NCBI GenBank assembly: GCA_017484125.1 | Contig: JAFUTV010000007.1 | Coordinates: 21,875 to 85,874, forward strand | Reading direction: 5' to 3' | Source of the DNA: Bacilli bacterium | GTDB lineage: Bacteria; Bacillota_I; Bacilli_A; RF39; UBA660 | Length of the DNA stretch: 64,000 nt | Part shown: positions 60,001-64,000 of the stretch, piece after piece | Layout of the letters: every line of letters starts with the position of its first letter | How positions within the stretch are numbered: position 1 is the first letter of the stretch | Made by a program: the position numbers and the translations under genes | Notes under the pieces: generated by a model | Seen by the model: only the letters and a program-made list of their open reading frames with translations | The model's database searches: none | What the model was told of the DNA's origin: nothing

Positions 60001-60154
60001 TTATTTAACTTTCTTTATTTCAATTCCTAAAACCCCATATTTTTCTTGTTCTTCTTTTGAATAATATTCTTCCATATCTTTTGGATTAGCTTCTTCATCT
60101 TCCTTTTTTAATATTCATAAAAGGGCCATTATTTAATTTCATTTCATGTTTCAT
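60001..60154 (-). pseudogene. ASCH-domain gene with internal out-of-frame deletion
   Basis: Hand translation: MKHEMKLNNGPFMNIKKG joined in another frame to KEDEEANPKDMEEYYSKEEQEKYGVLGIEIKKVK*; these are the typical termini of ASCH proteins of about 110 aa. Confidence 0.7.
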
Positions 60155-60216
60155 ACTATCACCAACCTATCGATATTATATCACACTCTATAATATTTTA
60201 ATACATCGTAATATTA

Positions 60217-61962
60217 CTATTTTCCGAACATACAAAAAAGACCAGTTTTACCTAGTCTTTTATCATTAATATTAGTTCTTCTTTGCTTTGATTGCAGCTT
60301 GTGCTGAAGCTCTATTTGGGGAACAAGTTTAACATCTTCTACATATAAATTATTAGTAGTTGCCTTTCCTTGTCTATTATTTATGTTCAAATCAATTATA
60401 TCATTTAGGTAGCTTAATTTCCATTCAAATCTATCTTTATGAACGATAACTGATTCTATACTTTCTTCTATCATTTCATCTGATATGGATTCATGTTTAC
60501 TACCTATATGCTTTTTTACCAGTTGTTTTAAATTATTAATTCTAGCTTTTAAAACATCTTTAGGTATTTTATAATTTGATTCTATTTTCTCTTTTTCCGT
60601 TTTTAAATCTTTAATATTATTTTCTAATTCTTCTTTTTTATTCAGATAATCATCTCTTGAGATATATCCATTTAAGCACATATCCAATAGATTATCTAAT
60701 TTAGTTTTATTAGTTCTAATTTTACTTTCTATACTTTTTATTTTTTCTTCATTTTCATTACAATTATCTTTATCAGTAATTGTTTCATCAATATATTTAT
60801 TTATTACATCAATTAATTCTTCTCTGTTATTCCATAAGTTTTGAAATAAGAAGTTTGCCATTGCCTTTAACTTCCAATCTTGAACTAATGGTGTATCACA
60901 TGCATCCTCTACTGATAAACCTCTTTTTAATCTTGTTTCTTTTGTTCCATTCGCTTTTTGATTATAACAAACATAACAATATGTATCTCCAGTTGCTTTC
61001 TTATGATATGTTCTCCGATTAAATGATGATCCACATTCACACTTTAATTTTTTACTCCAAATATTTTTTGGTACACCAGTTGCTTTTTTCTTTCCATTAA
61101 CAATATGTACTACTTTCTCTTTGAATAGATTTTGAACTTTTTCAAATTCTTCTTTAGTTACAATTGGTACATGTGTACCTTCAACTATAACTTGTTCAAC
61201 TTCTCCATTGTTCTTTTTAGCTTTTTGCTCTAAATAATCTGGAATATATGATTTTCTATATACAATAGTTCCACAATAGAATGGATTATGCAGAATCCTT
61301 GAAATATAAGAAGGACTCCATTTTTTTAATCCAGTAGGAGTTAAAGCTCCCATCTTTTCTAACTCATACTTTATATCAGTAGTACCAATTCCTTTTAAAA
61401 ACCTATCATATATATATCTGACTGTTTTTGATTGTTCTTCATTGATAACCATATCGCTACCAACCTTATCATATCCTAATATATTACCATTACCATAAAA
61501 AACACCATTTTCAAAAGAAATCTTTTGTCCTGCTTTAACTCTTTGAGATGTTTTCTTACTTTCATTTTGAGCAAGTGTTGCCATTATTGTAAGTTTTAAT
61601 TCTCCATCTTCATCGTTAAATGTCCAAATATTATCTTCTGTAAAAAATACTTCAACACCAATTCTTTTAAGTTTTCTTGTTTCTTGAAGTGTATCTACAG
61701 TATTTCTTGCAAATCTTGATACTTCACGAGTGATAATTAGATCAAAACAACCATTTTCTGCATCTGCCATCATTCTCATAAAATTCTTTCTTTTTTTAGT
61801 AGATGTACCAGTTATACCCTCATCGATATATCTATCATATAAAGTCCAATCGGGATGTTGTTTTAATATATCATCATAATATTGTACTTGATTTTCAAGT
61901 GCTGATAATTGAGCTTCATGTTCTGTAGAAACTCTCGCATATATTGCTACATTTCTTGACAT
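60217..61962 (-). CDS. large serine recombinase (integrase)
   Basis: YARVST, YIDEGITGT, SRFARN, LAQNES..TSQRV, LGYD, recombinase domain, zinc ribbon CECG...CY..C, coiled coil. Confidence 0.93.
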   Translation of the reverse strand: MSRNVAIYARVSTEHEAQLSALENQVQYYDDILKQHPDWTLYDRYIDEGITGTSTKKRKNFMRMMADAENGCFDLIITREVSRFARNTVDTLQETRKLKRIGVEVFFTEDNIWTFNDEDGELKLTIMATLAQNESKKTSQRVKAGQKISFENGVFYGNGNILGYDKVGSDMVINEEQSKTVRYIYDRFLKGIGTTDIKYELEKMGALTPTGLKKWSPSYISRILHNPFYCGTIVYRKSYIPDYLEQKAKKNNGEVEQVIVEGTHVPIVTKEEFEKVQNLFKEKVVHIVNGKKKATGVPKNIWSKKLKCECGSSFNRRTYHKKATGDTYCYVCYNQKANGTKETRLKRGLSVEDACDTPLVQDWKLKAMANFLFQNLWNNREELIDVINKYIDETITDKDNCNENEEKIKSIESKIRTNKTKLDNLLDMCLNGYISRDDYLNKKEELENNIKDLKTEKEKIESNYKIPKDVLKARINNLKQLVKKHIGSKHESISDEMIEESIESVIVHKDRFEWKLSYLNDIIDLNINNRQGKATTNNLYVEDVKLVPQIELQHKLQSKQRRTNINDKRLGKTGLFCMFGK

Positions 61963-62011
61963 ATATAATATACACCATCCCTTCTTTATATAAAGTTTAT
62001 AATAATTATTT

Positions 62012-62197
62012 TTATTTGTTAAAGGTGCGATTTACTTTGTTAATTAAATCTTCATATTCCTTTTTAGTAATCTTTTGTTCATTGAATAATATTTTAAATA
62101 TTGACTTAATAAGTTCTTTATTTAAAAAGTTTTGTGTTTCATCATCTATCTCAAATTTGTTATTTTCAAATACAAATAAATGATTACTTAATTCCAT
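62012..62197 (-). CDS. small protein with SHOCT-like C-terminus
   Basis: ITKKEYEDLI motif, directly upstream of the integrase. Confidence 0.6.
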   Translation of the reverse strand: MELSNHLFVFENNKFEIDDETQNFLNKELIKSIFKILFNEQKITKKEYEDLINKVNRTFNK

Positions 62198-62205
62198 GTA
62201 ATCAC

Positions 62206-62409
62206 CTATTCGATAGATTTATATTCACCATCTATATAAATTACTTCCTTAAGATGAATATCAAATCTTCTATAATCTTTTATTTGTTTTGATTTCATAA
62301 AAAAATCAGTTAACTCCTTTGTAACTGATTTCTTACTTTCACCACTGACAATCATAGTAGTTATATGACCATCATTATCTATAATAGCTCTATAAGTTTT
62401 TCTCTTCAT
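62206..62409 (-). CDS. hypothetical protein, 67 aa
   Basis: GGAG RBS; packed between phage-like ORFs. Confidence 0.6.
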   Translation of the reverse strand: MKRKTYRAIIDNDGHITTMIVSGESKKSVTKELTDFFMKSKQIKDYRRFDIHLKEVIYIDGEYKSIE

Positions 62410-62533
62410 TTTCTTCTCTCCTCTTTAGATCTTCTTCCATTTCACGATCAGCCCATGATGCAACTTTACATGAGCATATAGTGAATAATCCTAAAAAAAT
62501 TAAAAATATAATTCCTAATATTTTTCCTATCAT
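62390..62533 (-). CDS. small membrane protein, 47 aa
   Basis: Hand translation MIGKILGIIFLIFLGLFTICSCKVASWADREMEEDLKRREENEEKNL; GGAGG RBS; overlaps the next gene. Confidence 0.6.
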   Translation of the reverse strand: MIGKILGIIFLIFLGLFTICSCKVASWADREMEEDLKRREENEEKNL

Positions 62534-62587
62534 AATATCCTCCATTATATAATCAACTTTTTCCAAAATAAAAAATCACCGAAGTGA

Positions 62588-63019
62588 TTATTTATAAACA
62601 GCTAAATCTAAAGCAAGAGCAAATTTAATTACCGAGCTTTCTTTAATATGTTCAATCATGTCAGGCCCACATCTGAATTCTTTTTCAAATGCTTTAATCT
62701 TAACACCATGAATAAAATGATCTTTAAAAAATCTTTGTTCATTGTAAGACATATCCGAGAGAATATATTCTATTTCTTGCAGTTTATCTTGATATTCTCT
62801 TTCAAACTCATCTTTCTTTTCAACATAAGTTTCTATTTGTGATTTAGGAACTCCAGATGACTGAACTTTGATATCAAATAAATTTAAAGCAAGAGATGGT
62901 GGTAAGACATTTCTATATTTGAATTTAATCATATTCAAATCCTTTAAATAATCTTCTACATTCTCTCTTGATTTTACATAATCAAACAAATCCAGTTCTT
63001 TCAAACTCAATAATTTCAT
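62588..63019 (-). CDS. ArpU/RinA-like phage transcriptional activator
   Basis: C-terminal IKESSVIKFALALDLAVYK and central SQIETYVEKK pattern. Start moved to ATG 63019. Confidence 0.65.
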   Translation of the reverse strand: MKLLSLKELDLFDYVKSRENVEDYLKDLNMIKFKYRNVLPPSLALNLFDIKVQSSGVPKSQIETYVEKKDEFEREYQDKLQEIEYILSDMSYNEQRFFKDHFIHGVKIKAFEKEFRCGPDMIEHIKESSVIKFALALDLAVYK

Positions 63020-63073
63020 ATGCATCCCCCATTGAATAAAAAAGAAGAGAAATAATCGCATTAATAAAAGCTA

Positions 63074-63184
63074 CTACTTCTCTTCTATTTTAAACTTTAA
63101 TTTGGATTTAATAGGGACAATGACCTCTATAGATTTTTTCTTTGAAGAATGATACTTCAATTTATAATATTCAATTAGTTCCAT
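63074..63184 (-). CDS. small hypothetical protein, 36 aa
   Basis: Hand translation MELIEYYKLKYHSSKKKSIEVIVPIKSKLKFKIEEK; GGAAGTGG upstream; followed by a hairpin and T-run. Confidence 0.35.
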   Translation of the reverse strand: MELIEYYKLKYHSSKKKSIEVIVPIKSKLKFKIEEK

Positions 63185-63390
63185 AAAGACCACTTCCAAT
63201 CCCATCAAACCACTTAACATATAAATTGCTATTTATTATATAGTTTTCTTGGAAAAAGTCAATAATAAATAAAAAAATGAAATAATATTTGTATCTCTAC
63301 ATAATTATTTCATTTTACTATATTTTATCATAGTGAAATGGTTTGACAAGTGGGGAATTATATGGGTGTCTAGTGGGTGGAATTTTCTTC

Positions 63391-63714
63391 TTAAAGCCCT
63401 ATTTTACAACGATTTATGATATTTTTTTCATCTGAATTATCTACTAAATTTTTTAATTCTTTATAATATATTTTAGCATCCATTACATTATTAAACTCTT
63501 TATACAGTAAAGGACAAGCTATTTTATTTTTATTTTTTATGCTTAAATAAACTTCAAATTTATTTGAATCTTTATATTGATTAATAATAATTCCAATAAA
63601 GCCATCTAAAAATTCAATTTGATAATTATCAAACATTTCTTTATCTAATTTTATACTCTCTTCATCTTCATAACAATATTCTTGAAGATCATCTATTATT
63701 GTATTTAAATCCAT
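63391..63714 (-). CDS. hypothetical protein
   Basis: GAGGTGGG RBS before ATG 63714; no motif recognised. Confidence 0.6.
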   Translation of the reverse strand: MDLNTIIDDLQEYCYEDEESIKLDKEMFDNYQIEFLDGFIGIIINQYKDSNKFEVYLSIKNKNKIACPLLYKEFNNVMDAKIYYKELKNLVDNSDEKNIINRCKIGL

Positions 63715-63819
63715 CTTTCCCACCTCAATTGCAATGTAGTATTGTATTATAACAGATAAACAATAATTATCTACTTATATTATACATATTTTTTAGAATT
63801 TGTATTAGTTAAATTGCAA

Positions 63820-64000
63820 TTATTTAATTTTAGTTAATAAATTATATGCTTGTTCAGAATAATCTTGTTTATAAAATATAACAATACATCCAATTCCCTT
63901 AAATGATTTTAAAGGTTCACAATAAAAAACACTTTTTATATAATTTCCATCCGTAATTTCTAAATTAGTAGATCTCATACCACCAAAATGAATATCAGTA
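63820..64000 (-). CDS. hypothetical protein, 5' truncated by window edge
   Basis: Open frame TDIHFGGMRSTNLEIT...AYNLLTKIK* ending at 63820. Confidence 0.45.
   Translation of the reverse strand, partial: TDIHFGGMRSTNLEITDGNYIKSVFYCEPLKSFKGIGCIVIFYKQDYSEQAYNLLTKIK

Larger units (their letters stand above)
60217..64000 (-). mobile_element. left end of an integrated phage-like/integrative element (continues beyond the window)
   Basis: Serine integrase preceded by co-oriented small ORFs and an ArpU/RinA-like activator; att site not identified. Confidence 0.6.

Noticed and set aside
48992-62842. Short ORFs at 48992, 56073, 57547, 60780, 61944 and 62648
   Set aside because: Nested or antisense overlaps of better-supported CDSs.
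63185-63390. G/C-patterned partial inverted repeat (CAAACCACTT versus AAATGGTTTG)
   Set aside because: Short and imperfect; could be an operator or att remnant but cannot be supported from this window.

Overview
Very AT-rich, genetic-code-11 Firmicute chromosome segment. The gene content and B. subtilis-like synteny (tgt-yrzE-yrbG-spoVB-comN-relA-dtd-hisS, 6S-tcdA-rarA, spoIVB, spoIIM, xerD) resemble a reduced gut Bacilli lineage such as RF39; this is inference. About 1-44 kb is mostly core genes, with scattered lineage-specific ones: a Tam41-type CDP-DAG synthase, an orphan HerA ATPase and a 1395-aa prepilin/DUF285 surface protein. Gene orientation flips from + to - at about 4.2-4.5 kb. A dif-like Xer site (4466-4493) lies at that flip, about 1 kb from xerD, so this may be the replication terminus. 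About 44-60 kb is accessory. Its centrepiece is a tightly coupled 8-gene operon (45507-52957): EcbF-type HAD, PHP, nucleotidyltransferase-kinase, membrane GT2, two further kinases, a Cys-His-Glu protein and a Cof HAD, with a divergent Sel1-repeat gene. I cannot assign this operon to a known pathway and it is the best candidate for an undescribed system. From about 60.2 kb, a serine-integrase, phage-like element runs off the end of the window. I saw no rRNA, tRNA or CRISPR array. All family assignments come from motif recognition by eye, not from database searches.
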